From NCBI GenBank assembly GCA_048938855.1, contig JBHLLT010000002.1:192001-256000 (forward strand): a DNA stretch of 64,000 bases, written 5' to 3'. This stretch comes from Promethearchaeota archaeon. GTDB taxonomy: Archaea; Asgardarchaeota; Lokiarchaeia; Sigyniarchaeales; SOKP01. Positions within the stretch are counted from its first letter, which is position 1; the number at the start of each line of letters is the position of its first letter. Below are positions 28,807 through 38,559 of the stretch, piece by piece. The notes beneath the pieces are model-generated. The model worked only from the letters and a program-made list of their open reading frames with translations. It made no database searches and was not told where the DNA came from. A program made the position numbers and the translations under genes.

Positions 28807-29014
28807 GGGACAACAATGACGGGCTAAATGCGTCAATCGAGGGCTCATAAAAATATTTGAATATATGATGATTATGAAGCGCATGAGTACGCATACACTA
28901 GAGTTGAGTAATCAATACATCTCCTGGAAAAATGGGCTCTTAACTTAGCAACAGATCAACGGTCTAGCAATGAAGTTTGAGTCAGTACCCTAACAGGAAA
29001 CATGATTACGTCCC
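28807..29014 (+). ncRNA. Candidate ~208-nt structured non-coding RNA, class unknown
   Basis: GC-enriched island in an AT-rich spacer; closing helix GGGAC/GTCCC; several internal stems including a GTAA (GNRA) tetraloop hairpin; TATA-like TTTATAAT ~24 nt upstream; no long ORF. Confidence 0.55.
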
Positions 29015-29130
29015 AAAAAGGCATATAAATTAAAGCCTAGCACGAGAGAACATTTTTGATTTGAAAGGTATATCCTTAATATGAAAAAACAGTGTTAGTG
29101 TTTTAGGCAACAATAATATGCTGAAATTTT

Positions 29131-29601
29131 TTAAAGCATACCAATGGAATCAGATCTAAATAATTCCTTCATTTCCTTACCTAACTCCGCTTGATCGGTT
29201 TGAAGATACCTGTTTAGAATTAAAGCAATTTTTGGGGACCATTTTTTCATTATAGCTCGAATGAAACCAATTTGAGCATTTTTATCCGCCACAATACATA
29301 AAACTCCTTTTCCAACTTTCATTGAAAAGATCATCCCTTCAAGATATTCGGTAATTTGCAAATCAATAGCCCCATAACCTAGAATATGACCCTGTTCCTC
29401 TCCTGCAACAAAAACAGCACCCCCTATAGCACCAATTTTTTCAACAGAGATCCCATTTTCATCAGAAAATTTAAATTTAGCTTGACTTAAAATCGTTATT
29501 CCTGTATCATCAGTGATGAGCGCAAATTTTAACCCGGGAGCACTATTTATGATTAAGGTTAAAATCTTCTTTAATCTAAGCTCATCCTCAGTGTAACTCA
29601 A
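29131..29601 (-). CDS. Roadblock/LC7 (MglB/LAMTOR-like) protein
   Basis: ALITDDTGITILS, helix EKIGAIGGAVF, GVLCIVADKNAQIGFIR. Confidence 0.85.
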   Translation of the reverse strand: MSYTEDELRLKKILTLIINSAPGLKFALITDDTGITILSQAKFKFSDENGISVEKIGAIGGAVFVAGEEQGHILGYGAIDLQITEYLEGMIFSMKVGKGVLCIVADKNAQIGFIRAIMKKWSPKIALILNRYLQTDQAELGKEMKELFRSDSIGML

Positions 29602-29809
29602 CTATATCTCTACCTATTAAATATTATCTCTTTTCCTATTAGTTTCTTTTAGGTTAAAATATAGTTATTTAAACCAAACTTTATATTTTTACCTTATACT
29701 GACTTGAGATAATGAAGTTATTTTAAATATAAAAATTTAAGTAAACAATGTGTTTCCTTACGAACCGCAACAAAAAACAATTTTAATTTCTTTTCAGTAA
29801 ATTTTTGGG

Positions 29810-30157
29810 TTAGAAAAGCTCTTGTGATTTAATTAAACCTTTTAAAGGTCTTAGCCGACTCTTATATTCTTTAGATTTATCCAATAATACTAATAGCTTG
29901 TAATTTTTAGTTTTGTCTAAATCTCGTTTAATTTGAACTAAATGTGGATCCTCTATAAACCCCCCCTTTTTAACAATTGCAGATAAAGCCAAAGTGTTTT
30001 CAAGTACCCACAATTTCTTCGATATTTTAGACGCGATTGGGAAACCATGGCGATCGGTAATAACTCCGGCAACAAAGCTTGGGAAATTTTTCTCGATCCT
30101 ATATAAAAAATAATTAACCTCACTTTGGTTTATTAGTTTATCCATTCTTTTTAGCAC
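29810..30157 (-). CDS. Roadblock/LC7-like protein (short, divergent)
   Basis: AGVITDRHGFPIAS motif followed by helix and strands; likely start is the ATG four codons in, after an AGGTG SD. Confidence 0.6.
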   Translation of the reverse strand: MLKRMDKLINQSEVNYFLYRIEKNFPSFVAGVITDRHGFPIASKISKKLWVLENTLALSAIVKKGGFIEDPHLVQIKRDLDKTKNYKLLVLLDKSKEYKSRLRPLKGLIKSQELF

Positions 30158-30330
30158 CTAATCTATCAATATGATCTTATTGATGTTATTATATCATTAA
30201 ATGTTATAATACGAAGATAATACTAATATTGAATTTGAAGAAGGTTTATACGCTCAAAAATTAGAGATTACTCCAATAATATAAAGATAATACAATAATA
30301 TAGAAAAAATTGATTTCTACTAATTTTTAT

Positions 30331-31308
30331 TTATTTATTATTTCTCTTTAATGATATTCCCAAATTTAAATTATCTACAAGTTCACTAAATCGATTTCGA
30401 ACAGTAACTTCAGTTACACAACTTACTCGAGCGATATTTCTTTGAGTTCTTCTTTCATTAGATAGAATACACGAGGCATAAATTGCTGCAGCACAAACTC
30501 CAGTAGGACCTCTCCCAGAGGTTAATCCTCGTTCTTCGGCCATTCTTATTATTGTTTTTGCCGTTTTTTGGCATTGATTAGTTAGACCTAATTCTGAAAT
30601 GAATCTCGTAAGGAAGTCAATTGGTTTAGTAGGATTTAATTCTAAAGATAATTCGTTAGATATAAATCTAAAAGATCTTCCAATTTCTTTCTTATCCACT
30701 CGTGCGACTTCCGCTATTTCATTTAATGTTCGTGGAACCTTATACATTCTACAGGCAGCGTATAAACTAGCAGCAGCCACTCCTTCTATGCTTCTTCCAC
30801 GAATTAAATGGGCTTCAACAGCATCTCGATATATTTTAGCCGAGCATTCTCGCAAATTTTTTTGAAGATCAAGATTAGAAGCCATACGATCAAGTTCACT
30901 TAATGCAAAAGTCAGGTTTCTTTCAGTTGCATCAGATACTCTAATACGACTTTGCCATTTTCTAAGTCTATATATTTGACCTCTTAATTTTGCCGGTATC
31001 TCCTTTCCAAAAATGTCTCTATTTTTCCAATCTATCATAGTACTAAGTCCTTTATCATGGATCATATATGTCATAGGAGCACCTGTCCTCGTTCTTTTCT
31101 TTTTTTGGTCAGCATCAAAAGCTCTCCATTCTGGACCACGGTCAATATGTTTTTCTGAATGCACTAAACCACATTCCTCACAGACTAATAGTCCTCTATT
31201 CTCGTCAAAAAATATATTTTTTCCACATTCCTTACAGATATCAATTTCTGTGTATGAGTCATCCTCCAATACGGATTTTAAATTTCTCCAACTTGAAATA
31301 AAACACAC
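30331..31308 (-). CDS. tfb: Transcription initiation factor IIB
   Basis: Zn ribbon CKECG...CEECG, GPEWRAF B-reader, two cyclin repeats ([25 protein letters not shown]). Confidence 0.97.
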   Translation of the reverse strand: MCFISSWRNLKSVLEDDSYTEIDICKECGKNIFFDENRGLLVCEECGLVHSEKHIDRGPEWRAFDADQKKKRTRTGAPMTYMIHDKGLSTMIDWKNRDIFGKEIPAKLRGQIYRLRKWQSRIRVSDATERNLTFALSELDRMASNLDLQKNLRECSAKIYRDAVEAHLIRGRSIEGVAAASLYAACRMYKVPRTLNEIAEVARVDKKEIGRSFRFISNELSLELNPTKPIDFLTRFISELGLTNQCQKTAKTIIRMAEERGLTSGRGPTGVCAAAIYASCILSNERRTQRNIARVSCVTEVTVRNRFSELVDNLNLGISLKRNNK

Positions 31309-31357
31309 CTTTTTTTATAATATTCTTGATTTGTACTAGAAAGATTAATTCTGAAAA

Positions 31358-31612
31358 TTAATTTATTTTAGTATAAATTTTGTCGTCGGGGTTAAAAGAT
31401 TGATTAGATAAAGCTTTGATTGAAATAAAGGGAAAATCTATTGGACCGAAAACATCTTTAATAAATCCAATTTTTTCATACTTCTCATTGTACACTGAGT
31501 TTTTAATTATTTGTTCTAATTTATTATTCCATTGTTTTGCTCTAAAGATCTGATGATTTTTTGAGGATTTTCCGAGATAATATAGATTTAATTTAACCCA
31601 GTTCTTTTTCAA
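31358..31612 (-). CDS. gar1: H/ACA RNP protein Gar1/Naf1
   Basis: IGFIKDVFGPIDFPFISIK motif; gar1-tfb adjacency is conserved in archaea. Confidence 0.8.
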   Translation of the reverse strand: MKKNWVKLNLYYLGKSSKNHQIFRAKQWNNKLEQIIKNSVYNEKYEKIGFIKDVFGPIDFPFISIKALSNQSFNPDDKIYTKIN

Positions 31613-31766
31613 GAGATCCCCTAGCTAAGTGGATATACAATTTAAAATAAATGATGGTTGTTAATATTTAAATATAATGGTTTTTATTTCCCATTCATAC
31701 AAAAATGGAAACGACAGTTTAACCTGGTTTCAATAAATTTGTCGTTAAAATTATCAAAAAAAGATT

Positions 31767-32867
31767 TTAAATATAGTTTTTCTTTAGATTATACTTTTTC
31801 TTACAATCGCACTTAAATTCTTGCTGTTCTAACTCATCTAAATTTTGGGAAAGTACAAAGTTCTTAAGTTTTTCTCTTGCATAGGTCTCACATTCTTTCT
31901 TCAAACAATTATGAATACCTCTTTTTGTTCCCGCCCCAGAAGGATCAGACAACAATCTTACATTGTTTAAATCCTCCTGACTTACAGAATTTCTTATAGT
32001 TTTAAAAAGTGAATAATACCATGGTGGTCTATATCTATTTTGAAACCATAAATATTCTACTAAAGTTCCTTTTTGAACATTAGTAGGATTAATTGAAATT
32101 GAATTAACATCTAAATCTATTAATTTTTTTATTGAATATGTACAATCATCGATTGCTGCTTGTTCATTAAGAAATGGTGGTTTAAATAACAAATACACTT
32201 TTACACCAATATCATTTTCTTTACATTTATTCACAACCCTCTTAAAATCTTTGAATAAAACTCCCTTGTTAATATAATTATTTCTGACATAATCATCAAC
32301 ACTCTCAAGTCCAATAGCAATTTCAAGGTATTTCCTATTTAAGGTATCTCTTATTTCTGCCAATTTATCAGTTGTTATATATTCCATTCGCGATTCAATA
32401 ACAACTTCTTCAATCTTTTCAACGTTTGATATTCTATTATAAATATGATTTCGAACTTCTTTAGATATCTCATTTTCATCTAAAAAACTCCCAGAATTAA
32501 ATAGTTTGAGATTATATTTATAAATATCGCTCTCAATTTCATTCAGTTTATCGTTAAAAGCATAATCAAATTGATTAATAAGATTTGAAGATGATATCTT
32601 TCTTTTTGCAGCATCTAGATAATATCCACACATGGAACATCCTCCGTGCTTACTTAAAGCCCAACTACACCCTTTTGTTCTTAAAATAATTGTGAATTCT
32701 TTTCCAATTTTATCTCTGAGTCTATCATCTTTTGTCCAATAACTAATTGGACGTTTTAGTTGTTCTTCTCTTAAGTTAGTTTTTCGTTTAAGAGTATTTT
32801 CACGAATAGAGTTTATTTTTTCAACAATACTACTATTTTCTTTAAAAACGTAATTTTGGTTATTCAT
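31767..32867 (-). CDS. Archaeosine biosynthesis radical SAM protein RaSEA
   Basis: ILRTKGCSW...GGCSMCGY, FNSGSFLD, IESR, IGLES, YLLFKPPFL, YRPPW, HNC; overlaps arcS. Confidence 0.88.
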   Translation of the reverse strand: MNNQNYVFKENSSIVEKINSIRENTLKRKTNLREEQLKRPISYWTKDDRLRDKIGKEFTIILRTKGCSWALSKHGGCSMCGYYLDAAKRKISSSNLINQFDYAFNDKLNEIESDIYKYNLKLFNSGSFLDENEISKEVRNHIYNRISNVEKIEEVVIESRMEYITTDKLAEIRDTLNRKYLEIAIGLESVDDYVRNNYINKGVLFKDFKRVVNKCKENDIGVKVYLLFKPPFLNEQAAIDDCTYSIKKLIDLDVNSISINPTNVQKGTLVEYLWFQNRYRPPWYYSLFKTIRNSVSQEDLNNVRLLSDPSGAGTKRGIHNCLKKECETYAREKLKNFVLSQNLDELEQQEFKCDCKKKYNLKKNYI

Positions 32868-34935
32868 TGATTTTTACAATTCTCCCGCTTTTAGATTGTC
32901 TTATGAAATTAGATCCGACAATTAATTCTCCACTTCCAACAATTTTTTTCTTTTTTTTATCTAAGATTACTACTTGATTATCAGGGATAAGATCTAGGCT
33001 ATAATCTAAAACTCCAGCTCTAAACAAGGTATTACCTTTTATCTCTTCTCCATCAAAGACAATACAATTTGCGTCTATAGATTGGTATGATTGAATAAAT
33101 CTTTCCAAACCTAAATTGGCTAATTCGATTTGGCCTGTAGAATATTTAAATACTCCTATTTTTTCTTGAGTTTTTGAATCAATTAATTCAATTTGATTAC
33201 CGGATCTATTAAATTTAAGTTTTAAACTATTAGTAATAATTTTATTGCCTACAGCATCACCGAACTGATAATCTAAAATTTTAATAAATTTTCTAGTCCA
33301 TGTTTTGGAATAGGTTTCACTTTTCGGATAACTTTTCTTGGGTCTATATTTATCCTTATGTTCAATAATTAATTTCTCCAAAGATTGGAGAGATTCAGCA
33401 GAAGTTATATTACCAGATATTTCAGAAAAGATGAAATAGTTTGGTAATTTCGAAGCAGCTCTTTTTATAATTTCATGATATTCATTTTTTAAATGGCAAA
33501 TGATCGGTATTTTTGGGTCATATTTTTCAATTATTTTAATTAGCATGTCTGATGCAATATTTACTTCCTCGTTATCCCATTCACCAGTAACGGATATATC
33601 ATACGAATTGACTGGATAAATATTTTCTAATTGTATAGGAACACACCCTAATGGTGAGGTTAATATTATTTCTTGGAAATTAGGAAATTCTGGAAACTTT
33701 CTTATAATCCTATAAAATTTTTTATGAGATTTAGATTCTGAATAAGGCTTTTTAGCAGAACAGGGAAGAACAATAATTAAATTTGTCCAAGGTTCGGGGT
33801 TAAAAGTTTCAACTGCTTTTTCCCTAAACAGATGAAAATCTGGTCTATAGTAAGATGAGGGTCCAAGACATTTCACTATTTTTCCTTTTTGTTTTATTGG
33901 GGTTTCATATTTAATTACATCATAAAATTCTTTATCTAAAACCTTTAACATTGAAATTAAATTAGTATCATCAAGCGAAGACTTTTCCACAAATGCTCTA
34001 TAATCTTCAAAGTTCATATATTGCTTAATTTTATTCATATAATTGTTTGCCGTAATCAAATTATGTAAACTTAATAAATCAAGTTTTTCAGCAGAATATT
34101 TATTTTCTAATATTTTTGATAAATCCCCTCTACATGCTAAGCAAGAACAAGGGAAATGTTTTATTTTATAAATAGGTAATAAATATTCAATCGTATCATA
34201 AAAATTTTCAGCTGATAAAAACAACGAATATGAGGAATCAATCAAATCTATTCCTAGATATATGATCAATGGATAAAATTTTGGAATAATTCTCCCTGAT
34301 GCCATTATGACTAAATTGTTATCCAATTCTGTTTTGATTTTTACTATACTAGTTATTATATTTCTAAAATTGCTGAAGTTGTTAAAAAGATCTGATAGAT
34401 TTATGATTTTTATGTTAACAAATTCTTTGAAAATAAAGATATAAAGATCTAACAACTCAGCGTACTCAAAGAGTCTTAATGTTATACCAAAATTTAGATC
34501 AGGATGTGCTTTTAGAATTTTTTGAACATTATAAAGATAATTTCTTACTTCTGAACCTGCAAATTCCCTACTAATACTCGTTGTTGGAATATTAAATGGA
34601 ATAACTGATATTATATTGTCTTTAGACAAAATATTACTATTTTTTACTATAATTTCTTCAAATTTTTGTAAAGTACCTGTATATGTAAAAATAAATCCAT
34701 TATTCCTGAATTTCTCACGTATAAATCCCACTTTTAGAAAAAATTCTTTCGTAATTGTAAATAAATCATGATTTTCAAATTCTTGAACAAAATTAAAACG
34801 TTTCATTAAGGAACTTTTTATTGGGATTACAATATTGGGAGTATTGACATATAATTTTCGTTCTTTTGAGAAAATTATCCGCCCTATTCTTGAATATCCA
34901 ATCTTACTGGCAAGTACTTCAAAGAAATTAGTCAT
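32860..34935 (-). CDS. arcS: Archaeosine synthase alpha subunit (TGT-like barrel, PCSxxKPYSxSxSH domain, PUA-like end)
   Basis: GIDLID, CSCLAC...HN zinc site, LPCSAKKPYSESKSH, TSPLG, YDISVTGEW, DYQFG. Confidence 0.88.
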   Translation of the reverse strand: MTNFFEVLASKIGYSRIGRIIFSKERKLYVNTPNIVIPIKSSLMKRFNFVQEFENHDLFTITKEFFLKVGFIREKFRNNGFIFTYTGTLQKFEEIIVKNSNILSKDNIISVIPFNIPTTSISREFAGSEVRNYLYNVQKILKAHPDLNFGITLRLFEYAELLDLYIFIFKEFVNIKIINLSDLFNNFSNFRNIITSIVKIKTELDNNLVIMASGRIIPKFYPLIIYLGIDLIDSSYSLFLSAENFYDTIEYLLPIYKIKHFPCSCLACRGDLSKILENKYSAEKLDLLSLHNLITANNYMNKIKQYMNFEDYRAFVEKSSLDDTNLISMLKVLDKEFYDVIKYETPIKQKGKIVKCLGPSSYYRPDFHLFREKAVETFNPEPWTNLIIVLPCSAKKPYSESKSHKKFYRIIRKFPEFPNFQEIILTSPLGCVPIQLENIYPVNSYDISVTGEWDNEEVNIASDMLIKIIEKYDPKIPIICHLKNEYHEIIKRAASKLPNYFIFSEISGNITSAESLQSLEKLIIEHKDKYRPKKSYPKSETYSKTWTRKFIKILDYQFGDAVGNKIITNSLKLKFNRSGNQIELIDSKTQEKIGVFKYSTGQIELANLGLERFIQSYQSIDANCIVFDGEEIKGNTLFRAGVLDYSLDLIPDNQVVILDKKKKKIVGSGELIVGSNFIRQSKSGRIVKINE

Positions 34936-35088
34936 ATTTTGATTAAAAGAAAGATTTGTTTTTATTAATTCAATCAGTACAAAATATGAAATCTCTCAAA
35001 GTTATTAAGAATTTAGTCATCGAAAACAAAAATAATGAGTGATGCAAGGATGACTTTTAGAGGTCATGGGTGTTAAAAATCAATTAGA

Positions 35089-36393
35089 CTAGAATATTAA
35101 GAAATTAGTGTATGGGATTAACTCATCCAAGACGAAATTTGTATAAGTATCTTCTATTTCCTCTGAAATATATAAATCTCTTATGAATGTAACGTAATCT
35201 TGAATCTCTTTTACTCTTATAATGGCAAAGAGACCATATTGCTCACCTATACGAAATAAATCTGTAATATTTTTGTTTCTCTCCAATCTAAGTGCTAAAT
35301 CATTATATTTTGAAGGATCTTTTGGCTTAATTCGAAGAAGATATTTTCCTTTAAAACCTAATTCTTTTGGTTGAAAATTTACTGTATAATTTAATATTAT
35401 ACCTTGCTGCTCAAGTCTTTTAATTCTGTTATGTATAGTTGATTGAGATATTTCCTCCTCATATCTATTTTTAAATATGTCTCTTATCTCATATGTGGAT
35501 ATTGGTTTAAGTCCTTGACACTCTCGTAAGATATTAAGGATAATATAATCATTATTATCTATTTCAAAATTTTTATCAAACCTATTGTTATCTAATTCAA
35601 TCCCAGTGTTTCTTAAGGCTTTAATAATTTGATCCATTAATAAGCCAGATTCTGAGAGATTGTTTAGGCCAGATATAACTATTTTACCGTTTGGAAAAAC
35701 TATAATTCTTATTGGGGTATTATCCATTTCAATAACAAGTCCAGGAAATTTTTTAGGATGATATTTAGTATTTGGATTTTTTTGAGCAAATTGGTTTAAA
35801 TCGATTTTTTCTCGGCTATCAATTTCAATATTATCTCTTTCGCTTCTCTCTTTTTCTTTTAGTTTATGAAATAACCTATCTCGAAGTAAATCCTCTAAGG
35901 TAAATTTTGCTTTCCTGAGGCTAATCCCATTAGTTTTAAACACTTTTATTGTTTCAATTATTTGATATTTTTTAAAGTATGATCTTGCCATTATTTCATC
36001 AATTATATTTAATATCTGATAATATTCTTCTGAGGATTTAAAAACCAATAAAGCAAATAAAGAAAAATCTCCAATTATGCCATCTAACATTCTTAATTGA
36101 GGAATTTCTAATAATTCTTTAACCAGATCTGGCTCTTTTGGGTTTGTTTTTATCTCAATCATTACATATTTTAAGTTGTTAGGCTGAATGTTTGGATTAA
36201 TATTAATTGTAAAATTTTTAATTATTTTTTGATCTCTCAGATTATCAAGTTTGTTTTGATATGTTTGTCTAGAGAGTCCAATCTCACGGGCGTTTCTTGA
36301 AATAATAAACTTGGTTTTTCCACTTAAATTTTTTATGAAGTGTTGAGCTCTTAATTCATCTTTAATATCATTCATTTTAAAACAAATTTGCAT
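35089..36393 (-). CDS. Tandem Lrp/AsnC regulator with an inserted single TBP-like repeat
   Basis: HTH+RAM unit 1 (AREIGLSRQTYQNKLDNL; GIIGDFSLF), TBP-like segment IDLNQFA...YHPKKFPGLVIEM...IIVFPNGKIVISG, HTH+RAM unit 2 (ISQSTIHNRIKRLEQQGII; IGEQYGLF). Confidence 0.82.
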   Translation of the reverse strand: MQICFKMNDIKDELRAQHFIKNLSGKTKFIISRNAREIGLSRQTYQNKLDNLRDQKIIKNFTININPNIQPNNLKYVMIEIKTNPKEPDLVKELLEIPQLRMLDGIIGDFSLFALLVFKSSEEYYQILNIIDEIMARSYFKKYQIIETIKVFKTNGISLRKAKFTLEDLLRDRLFHKLKEKERSERDNIEIDSREKIDLNQFAQKNPNTKYHPKKFPGLVIEMDNTPIRIIVFPNGKIVISGLNNLSESGLLMDQIIKALRNTGIELDNNRFDKNFEIDNNDYIILNILRECQGLKPISTYEIRDIFKNRYEEEISQSTIHNRIKRLEQQGIILNYTVNFQPKELGFKGKYLLRIKPKDPSKYNDLALRLERNKNITDLFRIGEQYGLFAIIRVKEIQDYVTFIRDLYISEEIEDTYTNFVLDELIPYTNFLIF

Positions 36394-36511
36394 TTTTTTT
36401 TATGATTACTAATTAAATGTTAAATTAAATATATAAATATTTACATTCAACCAAAAAAAGCTTTATTAATTAATTAAAATTAATAATCTTACAAAAAAGA
36501 AAATGATTTAA

Positions 36512-37780
36512 ATGGTAAAATATAAAGTTGCAGATGAAAAATTGGCTGATCAAGGAAAGGAAGCACTCTATATTGCTGAAAGAGAAATGCCAGTCACATC
36601 AAAAATCATACGAGAACGATTTACTAAAGAAAAACCTTTAGAAGGAGTTGTTATTGCGGGATGTTTACATGTAACAAAAGAAACGGGGAATTTGGCTCGA
36701 ACATTGAAAGCTGGTGGGGCTGATGTATATCTCTGTGGCAGCAACCCTTTATCCACTCAAGATGATGTAGCAGCCGCGTTAGTACAAGAAGGAATTAACA
36801 TTTTTGCTTGGCACGGAAATACAGATGAAGAATTTTACTGGTGTATTAGACAATGCCTAAACGCCAAACCAAATATCTTGATTGACGATGGTGCTGATAT
36901 GATTGTTACTGCTCATCAAGAATATCAAGATTTGATTAATTCAGGTACAATCATAGCATGTCAAGAAGAAACCACAACAGGTGTTAAGAGATTTAGAGCA
37001 ATGGATAAAAATGGTGTTTTGAAAGTACCACTCTTCCCTGTTAACGATGCACGCTGTAAAAATCAATTTGATAATGAACTAGGAACTGGGCAAGGTATTA
37101 TAGCCGCAATTTATGGGATGCATGTATTGTTTGCTGGTAAATATGTGGTTATTGTTGGATATGGACATTGCTCTTCTGGTATGGCATTACGAGCGAGAGG
37201 TCTGGGTGCTAATGTAACCGTAACTGAGGTTGATCCAATAAAGGCCTTACAAGCAAAATTTGCAGGATTTAATGTAATGCCTATTGAAGAGACATTACCT
37301 TATGCAGATATAATTTTAACTGCTACTGGATGCAAGCATGTTATTGCACCCACTAAAGAAATGTTTGAAAAATTGAAGAATGGAGTTATTCTAGGGAATC
37401 TTGGACATTTTGATATAGAAATCCCAACTAAGGAAATTTACAATTATGCTAAAGAAATTAAACCTATTAGAAAAGATGTGGAAGAAATCACTTTTCCTAA
37501 TGGTAAAAAAATATATCTCCTTGCTAAAGGACGATTAGCAAATTTAGTTCTTTCTGAAGGTCATCCAGCTGAGATTATGGACATGTCATTTGGTTTACAG
37601 TCTTTAATGTCTGAGTACATCGTTAAAAATAAAGAAAAATTAAAACCTGGAATGCTCAATGTTCCCTCTGAAATTGATGATCGAGTTGGATTCTTAAAAC
37701 TTCAATCAATAGGTGTTAAGATTGATAGCTTAACCGAGGACCAATATAATTATATCCACGGTTTTCTTGAGGGTACATAG
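36512..37780 (+). CDS. ahcY: S-adenosylhomocysteine hydrolase
   Basis: GCLHVTKETG, SNPLSTQD, IDDGAD, EETTTG, FDN, GHFDIEI, GRLANL, GHP.EIMDMSF. Confidence 0.96.
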   Translation: MVKYKVADEKLADQGKEALYIAEREMPVTSKIIRERFTKEKPLEGVVIAGCLHVTKETGNLARTLKAGGADVYLCGSNPLSTQDDVAAALVQEGINIFAWHGNTDEEFYWCIRQCLNAKPNILIDDGADMIVTAHQEYQDLINSGTIIACQEETTTGVKRFRAMDKNGVLKVPLFPVNDARCKNQFDNELGTGQGIIAAIYGMHVLFAGKYVVIVGYGHCSSGMALRARGLGANVTVTEVDPIKALQAKFAGFNVMPIEETLPYADIILTATGCKHVIAPTKEMFEKLKNGVILGNLGHFDIEIPTKEIYNYAKEIKPIRKDVEEITFPNGKKIYLLAKGRLANLVLSEGHPAEIMDMSFGLQSLMSEYIVKNKEKLKPGMLNVPSEIDDRVGFLKLQSIGVKIDSLTEDQYNYIHGFLEGT

Positions 37781-37967
37781 ATTCAAAGTATTTAAAAAAG
37801 GATTTTTTAATTTTTTATTTTAATTTTCCAATTTCCTATTTAGTAATCCCTTTTATTAATTTTATCTTTCATGGTCGATTAGGACACAAAATAACAAAAA
37901 TAATAAAAAGGAACTTAAAATTTATTAAATTTCTAGTTTTATTCATTCTATATTAAATCATAATTAA

Positions 37968-38477
37968 GTGTTAAAAATGGAAGAAAATATAGAACTGGAT
38001 TCAGAAGAATTACTGGAATTAATGCGATATGCTTTTCTAAGGTTGGATGGTGCCTGGTTTATGGCTTCAGTAGAAAAACTCGATTTGGAGACTGCGACAG
38101 AATTAGATCTAAAAGCATGGGAGATGTTTTCTGAAAGGTTGGGGAAAAAGATCGCTTCAATAACAAATTTGAAAGGTAATTTTTCTCAAACATTACCAAA
38201 ACTAATGAAGATCCAACATACGCTTATGAATATGAATTCAGAAATAGAGATCATTAATGAGGGTAAAATGATTCACAGAGTTTTGGAATGTGAAGTTTGG
38301 AATATGGTTCAAAAAGTATGGCCTCAGGATGCAATTCCTTGTCACAAAGTTACACTAGCAAGCATTAGGGGGTTGCTAAAGGGAGCTTTTCCAGAAAAAG
38401 AGTTTGTTTTAAAACATACAAAGAAAATTCCTCTGGGAGATTCTTGCTGTGAGATTGAAATTTCCACTAAAAACTGA
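37968..38477 (+). CDS. V4R/ATC-hydrolase-like (DUF6125-type) protein
   Basis: LDGAWF motif; C..W, PC and C-terminal GDSCCE cysteines. Likely start is ATG 37977. Confidence 0.55.
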   Translation: MLKMEENIELDSEELLELMRYAFLRLDGAWFMASVEKLDLETATELDLKAWEMFSERLGKKIASITNLKGNFSQTLPKLMKIQHTLMNMNSEIEIINEGKMIHRVLECEVWNMVQKVWPQDAIPCHKVTLASIRGLLKGAFPEKEFVLKHTKKIPLGDSCCEIEISTKN

Positions 38478-38559
38478 TAAGTCTAGCTTTGATTTATTGT
38501 GAAGCTTTACATACTTCTTTTAATTTTATTCATATAATCAATAAGTTTGAGTTAGATAG

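Noticed and set aside
28807-29014. Identification of the RNA candidate as RNase P, SRP RNA, a C/D guide or a SECIS
   Set aside because: Only loose resemblance (GAGGGCTCAT / AACAGGAAACATGATTA versus RNase P CR-I and CR-V); no SRP helix-8 motif; no CTGA D box; no flanking gene has an in-frame UGA needing recoding.
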